NCBI GenBank assembly: GCA_033720855.1
Contig: JAWWBR010000001.1
Location: 2,847-66,846, forward strand
Reading direction: 5' to 3'
Length of the DNA: 64,000 nt
DNA from: Alphaproteobacteria bacterium
Lineage (GTDB): Bacteria; Pseudomonadota; Alphaproteobacteria; SMXQ01
The notes beneath the pieces are model-generated. The model was not told where the DNA came from. It was given only the letters and a program-made list of their open reading frames with translations, and ran no database searches. Position numbers and translations under genes: made by a program. This document shows, piece after piece, positions 26,192 to 35,363 of the stretch. Position 1 is the first letter of the stretch. Every line of letters starts with the position of its first letter.

Positions 26192-26206
26192 AAGGACGTA
26201 TACGTC

Positions 26207-26776
26207 TTGATTTCCAAGGAAGAAAATCCCGCCCCCGAGTTTTCCAGGATGTTCGCCATCGAACCCGATATGGGCGCCGGGGCGGAGGCCACGTCCTTCG
26301 CCATCGAAGCGGAGGCCGACGAACGCGCTGGCCTGGCCCGGCGGTTCGGGCTGCTGTCCCTCGACGCGCTCACCGCGGAGGGCCGGATCCATGTGTTCGA
26401 GAGCGGCACCAGCGTGCGCCTCGAGGGGCACGTGAAAGCCGATCTGGTGCAGGCCTGCGTGGTGACGCTGGAGCCCGTTCCCGCCCATGTGGAGGAGGAT
26501 TTCGTGCTCCATTACCGCCGCGCCGCCGCCGGCGGTCCGACGGCGAGGGGCCCCAGGGAGGTCGAGGTCGCGCTCGAGGACGGGGCCGACTGGGAGCCCA
26601 TTCCCGAGGCGGGAATAGACGTCGGCGAAGCCGCCGCCGAATGCCTGGGCCTCGCCATCGACCCGTATCCGCGTGCCGCCGATGCCGAGGGCGCACTTTC
26701 GGAACTTTTGGGGCCGGCCGATGAAACCGCGAAGAAATCGCCGTTCGACGCGCTCAAGCGGTTGAAAAAGAAATGA
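26207..26776 (+). CDS. yceD: YceD/DUF177 family protein (large ribosomal RNA subunit accumulation protein)
   Basis: 189 aa, TTG start. PEFSR near the N-terminus. Immediately upstream of rpmF-plsX as in the conserved yceD-rpmF-plsX-fabH cluster. Confidence 0.8.
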   Translation: MISKEENPAPEFSRMFAIEPDMGAGAEATSFAIEAEADERAGLARRFGLLSLDALTAEGRIHVFESGTSVRLEGHVKADLVQACVVTLEPVPAHVEEDFVLHYRRAAAGGPTARGPREVEVALEDGADWEPIPEAGIDVGEAAAECLGLAIDPYPRAADAEGALSELLGPADETAKKSPFDALKRLKKK

Positions 26777-26881
26777 CTCCTCAAGCGCCTTGCCGAAGCC
26801 TAAGATTTTCGGTAATAGACTGCACCATTCCCAGGGCCGCCGTGAGTCGGCGAGGGCCCGAAGGCAAGAAGATATCGAGCG

Positions 26882-27067
26882 ATGGCTGTTCCTAAATCAA
26901 AAGTTTCAAAATCGCGGCGCGACAAGCGGCGATCCCATCACGCCCTCAAATCCGGCGCATACGGCGAGTGTCCCAATTGCGGCGAGTTGAAGCGGCCCCA
27001 TCACGTTTGCGGCTCCTGCGGTTACTACGATGGTCGTGAAGTAACCGAAACTGAAGGCGCAATTTGA
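26882..27067 (+). CDS. rpmF: 50S ribosomal protein L32
   Basis: 61 aa. [20 protein letters not shown] plus a CxxC..CxxC zinc ribbon. Confidence 0.97.
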   Translation: MAVPKSKVSKSRRDKRRSHHALKSGAYGECPNCGELKRPHHVCGSCGYYDGREVTETEGAI

Positions 27068-27118
27068 CGAAGCGCCAGCGCGGGGGGCAGCGGTAGCCCC
27101 AAGGCTGGGTGATAAAAC

Positions 27119-28162
27119 ATGGATTTGACCATAGCTCTCGACGCCATGGGTGGCGATGGCGCGCCCGACGTGATCGTGAGGGGCGCGGACCTGGCGCGAA
27201 CACGCTATCCGGACATCAAATTCCTGTTCTACGGCGATGAGACGCAGGTCCGCCGGCTGCTGGACAGCTACGACAAGCTGGCCGCGGTGTCGCGTCTCTT
27301 TCATACCGATGTGGTGGTCAGCAACGAAGACAAGCCGTCCATGGCGCTGCGCAACGGGCGCGGGTCCTCCATGGGGCTGGCCATCGGCGCGGTCAAGAGC
27401 GGTGACGCCGCGGGGGTGGTCTCGGCAGGCAATACCGGGGCGCTGATGGCGATGGCGAAACTGGCGCTGCGCACGCTGCCGGGGATCACCCGGCCGGCGA
27501 TCGCATCGGTGCTGCCGACCGCGGTTTCGGAATGCGTGATGCTGGACCTCGGCGCCAACATTCAGTGCGACGACCGCAATCTGGTGGAATTCGCGATCAT
27601 GGGAGAGGTCTTCGCGCGAACCGTGTTGGGCTTGCCGAAGCCGGCCATCGGACTCCTCAATGTCGGCGAGGAGGACCTCAAGGGCCATGAGGCCATTCGC
27701 CAGGCCGCGTCGACCCTGCGGGACATCGACCTGCCCATAGAGTTTCAGGGCTTCGTCGAAGGCGACGCCATCTGGACCGGCGGGGTGGATGTCGTCGTCA
27801 CCGACGGCTTCACCGGCAACGTGGCCCTCAAGACGGCCGAAGGCATCGCCAAGATGTACACCTCATTCATGCGGAACGCTTACAAGAGTTCCTGGCTGTC
27901 CCGGCTCGGCTACGTGCTGTCGCGCGAGGCCCTGAACGAGGTCCGCGTCAAGGTCGATCCGCGCCGCTACAACGGCGCCATGTTGCTGGGCCTCAACGGG
28001 ATCGTCATCAAGAGCCACGGCGGTACGGATGCCTTCGGCTTCGCCAACGCCATCAGCGTCGCCGTCGACATGGTCAGCGGCGGGTTCAACGACATGATCA
28101 TGCAGGAGTTCGACCGCCTGGGCGATTTCGGGTCCCCCCTACAGAAGGTCGCCAGCTCCTGA
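27119..28162 (+). CDS. plsX: Phosphate acyltransferase PlsX
   Basis: 347 aa. [19 protein letters not shown] and VIKSHG motifs. Confidence 0.96.
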   Translation: MDLTIALDAMGGDGAPDVIVRGADLARTRYPDIKFLFYGDETQVRRLLDSYDKLAAVSRLFHTDVVVSNEDKPSMALRNGRGSSMGLAIGAVKSGDAAGVVSAGNTGALMAMAKLALRTLPGITRPAIASVLPTAVSECVMLDLGANIQCDDRNLVEFAIMGEVFARTVLGLPKPAIGLLNVGEEDLKGHEAIRQAASTLRDIDLPIEFQGFVEGDAIWTGGVDVVVTDGFTGNVALKTAEGIAKMYTSFMRNAYKSSWLSRLGYVLSREALNEVRVKVDPRRYNGAMLLGLNGIVIKSHGGTDAFGFANAISVAVDMVSGGFNDMIMQEFDRLGDFGSPLQKVASS

Positions 28163-29136
28163 TGGTGATGCGGTCTGTGGTTCAAGGGTGGGGTGCCTAC
28201 CTGCCGGAAAAGGTCCTGACCAATGACGATCTCGCCAAGATCGTCGATACCTCCGATGAATGGATCTCCGAACGAACCGGAATTCGTGAGCGCCACGTCG
28301 TCTCGGAAGGCGAAATGACCTCGGATTTGGCGACCCGGGCCGCCGTCGAGGCCCTGGCCCGTGCCGGGCTCGATGGGGCGGATGTCGACATGATCGTTCT
28401 CGGCACGGCGACGCCCGATGAAACCTTTCCGGCGACGGCCACGCGGGTGCAGGAGAGGATCGGCGCGCATCGCGCCTGGGCTTTCGATGTCCAGGCGGCC
28501 TGTTCGGGGTTCATCTATGCGCTCAACCTGGCGGATAATTCCCTGCGCCTGGGGCAAGGAAAGACGGCGCTGGTCATCGGCGCCGAAACCTTCTCCCGGA
28601 TTCTCGACTGGTCGGACCGCGCCACCTGCGTCCTGTTCGGTGACGGCGCAGGCGCGGTGGTGCTCAGGGCCGAGGAAGGCGCGGGCCGCAATACGGACCG
28701 CGGCGTGCTGTCCACCCACCTTCATTCCGACGGGCGTCAGCACGATCTGCTCTACGCCGATGGCGGCCCCTCGCTCAACCAGATCGCCGGGGTCGTTCGG
28801 ATGCAGGGGCGCGAGGTCTTTCGCCAGGCCGTGACGCGGCTGTCCCAGGTCGTGGAAGAAGCCATGGAACGCAATGGCTTCACCGTCGCCGACGTCGATT
28901 GGCTGGTGCCCCACCAGGCGAATAAGCGAATACTCGATTCGACGGCCAAGAAGATGGGGATCGCGCCGGAGAAAATGGTGGTGACCGTGGACCGTCACGC
29001 CAATACCTCCGCCGCGTCCATTCCCCTGGCCTTGAGCGAGGCGGCCAGCGATAACCGCATCCAACAGGGCGATCTGGTCATGATGGAAGCCATGGGCGCC
29101 GGCTTTACCTGGGCCGCGGCGGCGGTGCGCTGGTAG
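28162..29136 (+). CDS. fabH: Beta-ketoacyl-ACP synthase III
   Basis: 324 aa; ATG overlaps the plsX TGA by 1 nt. Active-site Cys context AACSGF, HQAN, and the Asn in the ANTSAAS region. Confidence 0.96.
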   Translation: MVMRSVVQGWGAYLPEKVLTNDDLAKIVDTSDEWISERTGIRERHVVSEGEMTSDLATRAAVEALARAGLDGADVDMIVLGTATPDETFPATATRVQERIGAHRAWAFDVQAACSGFIYALNLADNSLRLGQGKTALVIGAETFSRILDWSDRATCVLFGDGAGAVVLRAEEGAGRNTDRGVLSTHLHSDGRQHDLLYADGGPSLNQIAGVVRMQGREVFRQAVTRLSQVVEEAMERNGFTVADVDWLVPHQANKRILDSTAKKMGIAPEKMVVTVDRHANTSAASIPLALSEAASDNRIQQGDLVMMEAMGAGFTWAAAAVRW

Positions 29137-29263
29137 CGCCGGGACGCGCGCGGGCGCGGTCTTGGCGCAGATTCGCGAATTAGGTAAACGAATTCTCGCA
29201 TCCCTTTGATCTTGACGGCTTTTTTGGGGGAGGGTACCCTTGCCTCCTGCTTGGGAGGATTGG

Positions 29264-29671
29264 ATGGCTGGCAATACCGTGACCCGCGCCCAACTGGGTG
29301 AAGCGGTCTATCAGGAAGTGGGTCTATCCCGCAACGAATCGGGGGAACTGGTCGAAGCCGTGCTGCAGGAGATCAGCGACGCACTGATTCGCGGCGAGAG
29401 CGTGAAGATTTCGTCGTTTGGCAGTTTCTCGGTGCGTCAGAAGGGCCAACGCGTGGGTCGCAATCCGAAGACCGGCGAGGAGGTTCCCATCCTGCCCCGG
29501 AAAGTACTGGTTTTCCGGGCGTCACACGTGCTCAAGAGCCGGGTCGACCAGGGGGCGGCGGATGCGCCCGGCCAGGACGGCGAAGAAACGCGCCCCGAAC
29601 CGGCGCCAGAGCCCACCTTCAATCCCTTTTCGCCGCCGTCGGGCGGCGATGGCGAGGGAGGGCGCTTCTAA
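29264..29671 (+). CDS. ihfA: Integration host factor subunit alpha with acidic/Pro-rich C-terminal tail
   Basis: ATG 29264 in frame with track ORF 29240..29671. The IHF/HU fold sequence [35 protein letters not shown] is followed by a low-complexity tail of about 35 aa. Confidence 0.9.
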   Translation: MAGNTVTRAQLGEAVYQEVGLSRNESGELVEAVLQEISDALIRGESVKISSFGSFSVRQKGQRVGRNPKTGEEVPILPRKVLVFRASHVLKSRVDQGAADAPGQDGEETRPEPAPEPTFNPFSPPSGGDGEGGRF

Positions 29672-30088
29672 ATGGCGCAACTGGCGCGATCGAGCGCAGA
29701 CAGCGATAACGGGCGGCGCCTGGCGAAGTCGGCCGCGGCCTTCCGCACCATCAGCGAAGTGGCCAACGAGCTCGACATCCCGCAGCATGTGCTGCGTTTC
29801 TGGGAGTCGAAATTCTCTCAGGTCAGGCCCCTCAAACGGGGCGGCGGGCGCCGCTATTATCGCCCGGAAGACGTCGTCCTGCTCAAGCGGATCCGGACCC
29901 TGCTGTACAGCGAGGGCTACACCATCAAGGGGGTCCAGAAACTGCTCCGCGAGGGCCACGTCGCCCGGGAAGAGGAGGCCTCGGACCGCCGCGAGCCCGA
30001 CGCGTCCGGGCTGAGCCCCGAACAGCGGCGGGAAATCCGTGCCGTCATCGACGAACTGACGGAGCTCAAGAAACTTCTCAGCGGCTAG
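29672..30088 (+). CDS. MerR family transcriptional regulator
   Basis: 138 aa. [37 protein letters not shown]. Start abuts the ihfA stop. Confidence 0.88.
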   Translation: MAQLARSSADSDNGRRLAKSAAAFRTISEVANELDIPQHVLRFWESKFSQVRPLKRGGGRRYYRPEDVVLLKRIRTLLYSEGYTIKGVQKLLREGHVAREEEASDRREPDASGLSPEQRREIRAVIDELTELKKLLSG

Positions 30089-30203
30089 GCGCCGCGCCGC
30101 CCGCTTCGGGCGAACGGGGGAGCGGCGCTCTCGAGGGGCAAGCCGATTGCGCGCAATCCCGCCAGGGGGTAAAGTGCGCGGCGCCCCGCGGGGCACCACA
30201 TGA

Positions 30204-30280
30204 CGGAGCGTAGCGCAGCCTGGTAGCGCACTTCACTGGGGGTGAAGGGGTCGTGGGTTCAAATCCCGCCGCTCCGACCA
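30204..30280 (+). tRNA. tRNA-Pro (anticodon GGG)
   Basis: 77-nt cloverleaf. Acceptor CGGAGCG/CGCTCCG, D arm GCGC-AGCCTGGTA-GCGC, anticodon arm CTTCA-CTGGGGG-TGAAG, T arm GTGGG-TTCAAAT-CCCGC, discriminator A and encoded CCA. Confidence 0.93.
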
Positions 30281-30288
30281 TCGTTCAG

Positions 30289-30316
30289 GGCCCGGCGGCC
30301 GGTTCGCCGGGCCTTT
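30289..30316 (+). terminator. Hairpin terminator after tRNA-Pro
   Basis: GGCCCGGCG-gccggtt-CGCCGGGCC followed by TTT. Confidence 0.6.
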
Positions 30317-30348
30317 GACATGGTTAGCCCAGGTCTCTCGCGACCCGT

Positions 30349-31527
30349 TCACCAGTTGCTGCACTGGCGCCGGACCCTCGCATATTCGTGCGGCGAATCG
30401 ACCGTTTGCTGAGCCACCATCAGGGAGTTCAGCATCTCCTTGTAGAGCGGCTGCAGCAGCTCCTTGGATATGCCCTCGACATTGACCCGCGCCTCGGCCG
30501 CCGACGCCACCAGGGCGGGATCCCGGCCCGTCGGGATGAGCAGCGAGGTCAACGCCTGGCGGATACGGGGCGCATATTCCTCCAGGTTTCGTTTGGAGAC
30601 CCGCACGTGTTCCCGCTCGTGGGCCAAGATCGCCCGATAGGGGCAGCTTCCCACCGGATACTCCTTGGCGACGAAGACATCGACCCGGCGATAGCGCAAA
30701 TTGACGTCGAATCCGGTGATCCAGAAACAGAATTTGTCGCCCACTTTGAGGCCCTGGGCACGGGGTCGCGTTTCGATGATCAGGTCCGGCTTCATCAGGC
30801 CGAGGGTGCGGGTATTGTGGCCGAGCCCCGACAGCTTGCCCAGCTGGGCGATCGAGAGGCTGTGGTTGATGCGGGGTTGGGGGAAGATGGTCTTGACGTT
30901 GATGTCGTAATCCGCGTTGGGGAACCCGCCGGCGCATTTCGATGGCATTCTCAGGGCCAGGGCGCCGTTCCCGTCGGGTCCCGGCCTCGCGCGCGGGCGG
31001 GAGCGGTCGACGCGGGAGTCCCGCAGCAGGGCTCTGGCCTGCGCATCGTCCTGGGATGCGGCCTCGCTGAGCCAGCGCGCCGCCGCGTTATGGTCGACGG
31101 GGACGCCGAGCCCGTCCAGATACATGGCGCCCAGCTCGCGCTGGGCATCGACGTCGCCGCCCTTGGCCGCGATTTGGTACCACTGTGCCGCGGCGGCATA
31201 ATCGACTTTGTCCCAAGCCCCCTCGTAATGAAGATCGCCGAGAATGCGTTGCGCGAGCGAATCCCCGGCCTCCGCGGCCCTGGCGTACCAGCTGACGGCG
31301 GTGCCCAGATCGGCGTTCACCCCCAGCCCATAGTGATAGATCACGGCGACGTAGGTTTGCGCGTAGGCGTTGCCGCCGCGCGCCAGAGGCAGCAGCTCCG
31401 CGAGCGCCCGGGCGTAGTCTTCGCGTTCATAGGCGGCCACGCCTTCGTCGAACCCGGCGCGGGCCAGCCCCGGCGAAAACGCCGACAGCGATAAAACGGC
31501 ACAGGCAAGGGCGAAAACGAATCGCAC
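30349..31527 (-). CDS. Secreted Sel1-repeat (SLR/TPR-like) protein with uncharacterised C-terminal HExxH-containing domain
   Basis: 392 aa. Signal peptide MRFVFALACAVLSLSAFSPGLARA. At least 4 Sel1-type repeats (e.g. AVSWYARAAEAGDSLAQ, AAQWYQIAAKGGDVDAQRELGAMYLDGLGV). The C-terminal ~200 aa contain YRAILAHEREHVRV. Confidence 0.8.
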   Translation of the reverse strand: MRFVFALACAVLSLSAFSPGLARAGFDEGVAAYEREDYARALAELLPLARGGNAYAQTYVAVIYHYGLGVNADLGTAVSWYARAAEAGDSLAQRILGDLHYEGAWDKVDYAAAAQWYQIAAKGGDVDAQRELGAMYLDGLGVPVDHNAAARWLSEAASQDDAQARALLRDSRVDRSRPRARPGPDGNGALALRMPSKCAGGFPNADYDINVKTIFPQPRINHSLSIAQLGKLSGLGHNTRTLGLMKPDLIIETRPRAQGLKVGDKFCFWITGFDVNLRYRRVDVFVAKEYPVGSCPYRAILAHEREHVRVSKRNLEEYAPRIRQALTSLLIPTGRDPALVASAAEARVNVEGISKELLQPLYKEMLNSLMVAQQTVDSPHEYARVRRQCSNW

Positions 31528-31726
31528 AGGATTCCTCTAAGGCAATGGTTTCTTATATTTTATTTTGCCATTGGCGCGACAACCGCGGACATCCCCCCTC
31601 CACGGCCCCTAGCTTGCCACGGCGCGCGGACAAAGGGAATCTGTTTTGCCCCACATCGGTTTGCAACTGGTAAAATTCGGCGAGACTGGCTGAGGGTAAG
31701 CCGAACCAAGCAGGAGGGAGAACATC

Positions 31727-32692
31727 GTGATCAACGCCGCAATAATCGGGCTCGGCGGCTGGGGCCGCCGGTTGGTGTCATCGGTTCAGGACGAGAGCCC
31801 GCGTATCCGCTTTTCCGTTGCCGTGGTGCGCAGCCCGGACAAGGTCGAGGACTTCGCCGCCGAAAAGGGCATCGAGGTCAAGACCGACCTCGACGCCGTG
31901 CTCGCCGACCCGGCCATCGACGCGGTGGTGGTGGCCAGCGCCGCCGGCGTCCACGCGAGCCACGGATTGGCGGCCGTCGGCGCCGGCAAGCCGGTGATGG
32001 TGATCAAGCCTCTGGCGCTCAGCGCCGGCGACGCCCGTGAGCTGGGCCAGGCCGCCGAAGACGCCGGTGTGCTGCTGTGTCTCGGCTACAACCGCTGCTT
32101 CCTTCCCGCCAATGCCGAGCTGCGCCGGTTGGTCGCCTCCGGCGAATTGGGCACCCCGCTCCACGCCGAGGGCAACTTTTGCGTCGATCGCTACGGCCAT
32201 GTCGCGCCGGGCGGGTGGAAAGCGGATGCGGCGCAGACGCCCCCGGGCGCGCTGACCGATCACATGCTGTACGAGATGATCCGGATGTTCGGGCGGGTGG
32301 CGGAGGTCCATGCCCATGCCGGCAAGCGGGCGGGTCTGCCGACCCTGAAGGACACCACCGCCACCCTTCTGCGGTTCGAGAACGATGTCAGCGGATCGCT
32401 GACGGCGATCGGCACCACGGCCGATCTGCTGCGCCTTCAGGTGTTCGGCACCAAGGGCTGGGCCGAGGTGCGCGGAATGGGCGAGCTCGCCACCGCCTTT
32501 ACCGAGGGCGAGGGCACGCAGACCGCGTTTCCAAAATTCGAGGCCGAGCGCGCGCAATTGGAAGGGTTCGCCGATGCCATCGAGGGCAAGGCCGAGTTCC
32601 CGGTGACGGTCGACCAGGCGGTTCATTCGGTCGAGGTGCTCGACGCCATTCGCCAATCGGCGGACGCGGGCAGACCCGTCTCCATCGCCTGA
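31727..32692 (+). CDS. Gfo/Idh/MocA family oxidoreductase
   Basis: 321 aa, GTG start. N-terminal Rossmann motif AAIIGLGGWGRR and overall family pattern. Confidence 0.85.
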   Translation: MINAAIIGLGGWGRRLVSSVQDESPRIRFSVAVVRSPDKVEDFAAEKGIEVKTDLDAVLADPAIDAVVVASAAGVHASHGLAAVGAGKPVMVIKPLALSAGDARELGQAAEDAGVLLCLGYNRCFLPANAELRRLVASGELGTPLHAEGNFCVDRYGHVAPGGWKADAAQTPPGALTDHMLYEMIRMFGRVAEVHAHAGKRAGLPTLKDTTATLLRFENDVSGSLTAIGTTADLLRLQVFGTKGWAEVRGMGELATAFTEGEGTQTAFPKFEAERAQLEGFADAIEGKAEFPVTVDQAVHSVEVLDAIRQSADAGRPVSIA

Positions 32693-32733
32693 GGAAAGTC
32701 GGTGCCGCCCGTCCACGCGGTGGCGCGCGGGGG

Positions 32734-32761
32734 CTTGAATTCGCGCGTCCGGACCCCAGAT
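32734..32761 (+). promoter_or_regulatory. Putative sigma32 (RpoH)-type heat-shock promoter of the hsp20 gene
   Basis: CTTGAA (32734..32739), a 14-nt spacer, then CCCCAGAT (32754..32761), versus the CTTGAA-N13-15-CCCCATNT consensus. About 100 nt upstream of the hsp20 ATG. Confidence 0.5.
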
Positions 32762-32861
32762 TTTAAACACGTAATTTTAATCGGGTTTTATGGCGACCCA
32801 TGCCGCCTGGCCATGCGCGGCCCGCGGCGGGGCGCCCGGAAGGAAGAGGAGAGGAGCCGCC

Positions 32862-33380
32862 ATGGCAAAAGCACCCGTCAAGACAGAATCCAAGGACGTC
32901 GCCCGGCCGGAGGATGCCTTTTCCGCGCTCCGTGCCGAGGTCGACCGCTTGTTCGATGACTTCGGCCGCAAGGATTTCGGCTTCGGCCGCAGCCTGTTCA
33001 GCCTCGAGCCGTTTAAGGGCGTCGCGCCCAGCTTCGGTGCGAAGATGCCGGTCGTGAACGTCAGCGAGACCGACACGGCGTACGAGATCACGGCGGAACT
33101 GCCGGGCATCGACGAAAAGGACGTCGAAGTCAGCCTCGCCGACGGCGTGCTGACGGTGAAGGGCGAAAAGAAAGAGGAACGGGAGGAGAAGGAGAAGAAC
33201 CATTACCTCTCCGAACGGACCTTCGGCGCCTTCCAGCGGTCCTTCCGCCTGCCCGAAAACGCCGACGACAAGAAGATCTCCGCCGATGTCGCCAAGGGCG
33301 TGCTGACGGTCAAGATCGCCAAGAAGGCGCCGGCGAAGAAGGCCGAGAAGGAGCGCAAGATCAAGGTCACCTCGCGCTGA
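32862..33380 (+). CDS. Hsp20/alpha-crystallin family small heat-shock protein
   Basis: ATG 32862 in frame with track ORF 32790..33380; purine-rich SD GGAGAGGAG. Alpha-crystallin domain (VSETDTAYEITAELPGIDEKDVEVSLADGVLTVKGEK..GVLTVKI). Confidence 0.92.
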   Translation: MAKAPVKTESKDVARPEDAFSALRAEVDRLFDDFGRKDFGFGRSLFSLEPFKGVAPSFGAKMPVVNVSETDTAYEITAELPGIDEKDVEVSLADGVLTVKGEKKEEREEKEKNHYLSERTFGAFQRSFRLPENADDKKISADVAKGVLTVKIAKKAPAKKAEKERKIKVTSR

Positions 33381-33404
33381 TTGAGCCGCGGAAAGGAACC
33401 GCGT

Positions 33405-33439
33405 GCGGGCGTGCTCCTTAAGGCGCGCCCGCTTTTTTT
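33405..33439 (+). terminator. Rho-independent terminator of hsp20
   Basis: GCGGGCG..(loop)..CGCCCGC followed by 7 T, 25 nt after the hsp20 stop. Confidence 0.85.
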
Positions 33440-33544
33440 CGGCCGCCCGGCGCCGGCGGTCGGGCCTGGAGGGCCGGCGGTGGACAAGACCGGCGGGCTC
33501 CTTGAAAATGCGCGCTGCCCGATAACGAAATTTGGGGGAGCCCC

Positions 33545-34474
33545 ATGGCCGGCCACAGGATCGACGTTCATCACCATTTCTATCCACCGGACCTCAAGGA
33601 CGTGCTCGGCGGCGGGCCGACCCGGGACTGGACCCCGCAATCGTCGCTCGACGAGATGGACGCCAACGCATGCGCCTCGGTGGCGCTGTCGGCGTCCTCC
33701 ATTCCGACCCACTGGTGGCGCCAGGACGACGCCTGGCTGCGCAAGACGGTGCGGCGCTTCAACGAATACGGCGCCGAGATGGTCAAGGACCGCCCCGACC
33801 GCTTCGGCCTGTTCGCCTTCCTCTCCATGCGCGACGTCGAGGGCAGCCTGACCGAGATCGAATACGCCTTCGACACCCTGGGCGCCGACGGCGTCGGCAT
33901 CGCCACCAGCTTCGGCGACAAGTGGCCCGGCGATCCCGAGTTCGCGCCGATCTTCGACGAGCTCGACCGGCGCGGCGCGCTGGTCTATATCCATCCGACC
34001 GTGCCGTTCTGCTGCGAGGGCCTGCTCGGCCTGGGCTCGTCCCTGATCGAGTATCCCCACGATACCTGCCGCGCCATCCTCAGCCTGCTGTTCAGCGGCA
34101 CCTTCGCCCGCTGCCGCGACATCCGCTTCGTCTTCTGCCACGCCGGCGGCACCCTGCCGGCGCTCACCGGCCGCATCGAATGGGGCATCAGCCGGATGAA
34201 GGATTTCGATGCGCTGGCGCCGGCGGGCTACCGGGCCGAGCTCGAACGGCTGCACTATGACACCGCCACCTCGGGCAATCCCATCGCGCTTGGCGCGCTC
34301 AGGGCGGTGGTGCCGATCAGCCAGATCCTGTTCGGGAGCGATTTCCCCTACGGCCGCATCAAGGGCAACCTCGAGGGGCTGCACGGTTGCGGCCTGAGCG
34401 ATGACGAGCTCGCCGCCGTCGAGCGCGGGAACGCGCTCCGGCTGGTGCCGCGGTTCGGGGAGGGCGGATCCTAG
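33545..34474 (+). CDS. Amidohydrolase-2 family metal-dependent hydrolase/decarboxylase (ACMSD-like)
   Basis: 309 aa, SD GGGGGAG. N-terminal metal motif IDVHHHFYP. Later His/Asp positions (YIHP, FCHAGG, FGSDFPY) are typical of PF04909-type enzymes. Confidence 0.8.
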   Translation: MAGHRIDVHHHFYPPDLKDVLGGGPTRDWTPQSSLDEMDANACASVALSASSIPTHWWRQDDAWLRKTVRRFNEYGAEMVKDRPDRFGLFAFLSMRDVEGSLTEIEYAFDTLGADGVGIATSFGDKWPGDPEFAPIFDELDRRGALVYIHPTVPFCCEGLLGLGSSLIEYPHDTCRAILSLLFSGTFARCRDIRFVFCHAGGTLPALTGRIEWGISRMKDFDALAPAGYRAELERLHYDTATSGNPIALGALRAVVPISQILFGSDFPYGRIKGNLEGLHGCGLSDDELAAVERGNALRLVPRFGEGGS

Positions 34475-34528
34475 GCCGCTCTTGGCGCGAAACGGGACCG
34501 ATCGGCCCCGGTGAACCCCTTGCAAACG

Positions 34529-34558
34529 GCCTTATTCAACCAGTTGGTTTAATAAGGC
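34529..34558. terminator. Hairpin between convergent amidohydrolase and VOC genes (possible bidirectional terminator)
   Basis: GCCTTATT-c-AACC-agtt-GGTT-t-AATAAGGC. No clear U-tract on either strand. Confidence 0.4.
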
Positions 34559-34569
34559 GTGTGCGCGCC

Positions 34570-34929
34570 CTAGCCCCGGATCTCGATCAGCTCGCCGTCG
34601 GGCCCCTTGAAGACGGCGCGGCGTAAGCCTTCCTCGCCGGGCACCCGGCCGGTCGAGGGGCGCAGTTCCACGGCGCATTCGACGCCCTTTTCCTTGAGGT
34701 GGGCCACCGCTTTTTCGATGTCCTCGGCCTGGAGGCAGAAATGCAGGCCGGACATGACTTGCTTCGGGGTCTTCATGGTCAGCTCCAGGAGCGTGTCGCC
34801 GCACTTGAAATACTGGATGCGGTTGTCGTGCCCGACCCAGGGCTCGAAGCCCATGACGTCGGTATAGAACCTGGCCGAGCGGTCGAGGTCGGAGCAGTGC
34901 ACCGCGACGTGATCGATATATTTGAACAT
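34570..34929 (-). CDS. VOC (glyoxalase/bleomycin resistance/dioxygenase) family protein, copy 1
   Basis: 119 aa. MFKYIDHVAVHCSDLDRSARFY..GPDGELIEIRG. Tandem paralog of the next gene. Confidence 0.85.
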   Translation of the reverse strand: MFKYIDHVAVHCSDLDRSARFYTDVMGFEPWVGHDNRIQYFKCGDTLLELTMKTPKQVMSGLHFCLQAEDIEKAVAHLKEKGVECAVELRPSTGRVPGEEGLRRAVFKGPDGELIEIRG

Positions 34930-34956
34930 CGGCGTTTCCTTAATGTTTGGGGCAGC

Positions 34957-35325
34957 CTAGCCCCGGACCTCGATCATCTCGCCGTCGGGCCCGGCATAGA
35001 CGGCGCGCCTGGTATCGCCCTCGCCCGGCATCTTGGCCTTGGCCGGCGCGGCCTCGACCAGGACCGGCACGCCCTGTTCCTCCAAATGGGCGATGGCGGC
35101 GTCCATGTCGTCGGTGGTGATGGCGAAATGGTAGCCCGAGCGCTCCTCGCCCACCTTTTCCGTCAACTCCAGCACCGTGCCGCCGAGGCGCAGGTAGGCG
35201 ATTCCGCCGCCGTCGGGCCGCTGCATGCGGTTGACGAACTCGAAGCCGAAGGCGTTCTGGTAGAAGGTCAGCGAACGCTCGAGCTCGGTGCAGTGAACCG
35301 CGACGTGATCGATCTTCTTGAACAT
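34957..35325 (-). CDS. VOC (glyoxalase/bleomycin resistance/dioxygenase) family protein, copy 2
   Basis: 122 aa. MFKKIDHVAVHCTELERSLTFY..GPDGEMIEVRG. Confidence 0.85.
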   Translation of the reverse strand: MFKKIDHVAVHCTELERSLTFYQNAFGFEFVNRMQRPDGGGIAYLRLGGTVLELTEKVGEERSGYHFAITTDDMDAAIAHLEEQGVPVLVEAAPAKAKMPGEGDTRRAVYAGPDGEMIEVRG

Positions 35326-35363
35326 GGCATGCCTCCGGTGGTGGCTGGTGGCGGACCCTGAGG

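Noticed and set aside
30204-30348. tRNA-Pro as an integration site for a genomic island.
   Set aside because: Accessory genes do begin here. However, I see no integrase, no phage or conjugation genes, and no direct repeat of the tRNA 3' end in the intergenic regions I could scan by eye. A BLASTN of the last ~20-45 nt of the tRNA against the window or genome is needed.
32762-32861. Possible ROSE RNA thermometer in the hsp20 leader.
   Set aside because: No U(U/C)GCU anti-SD element or pyrimidine stretch complementary to the purine-rich SD was found by eye. Only the leader length fits.
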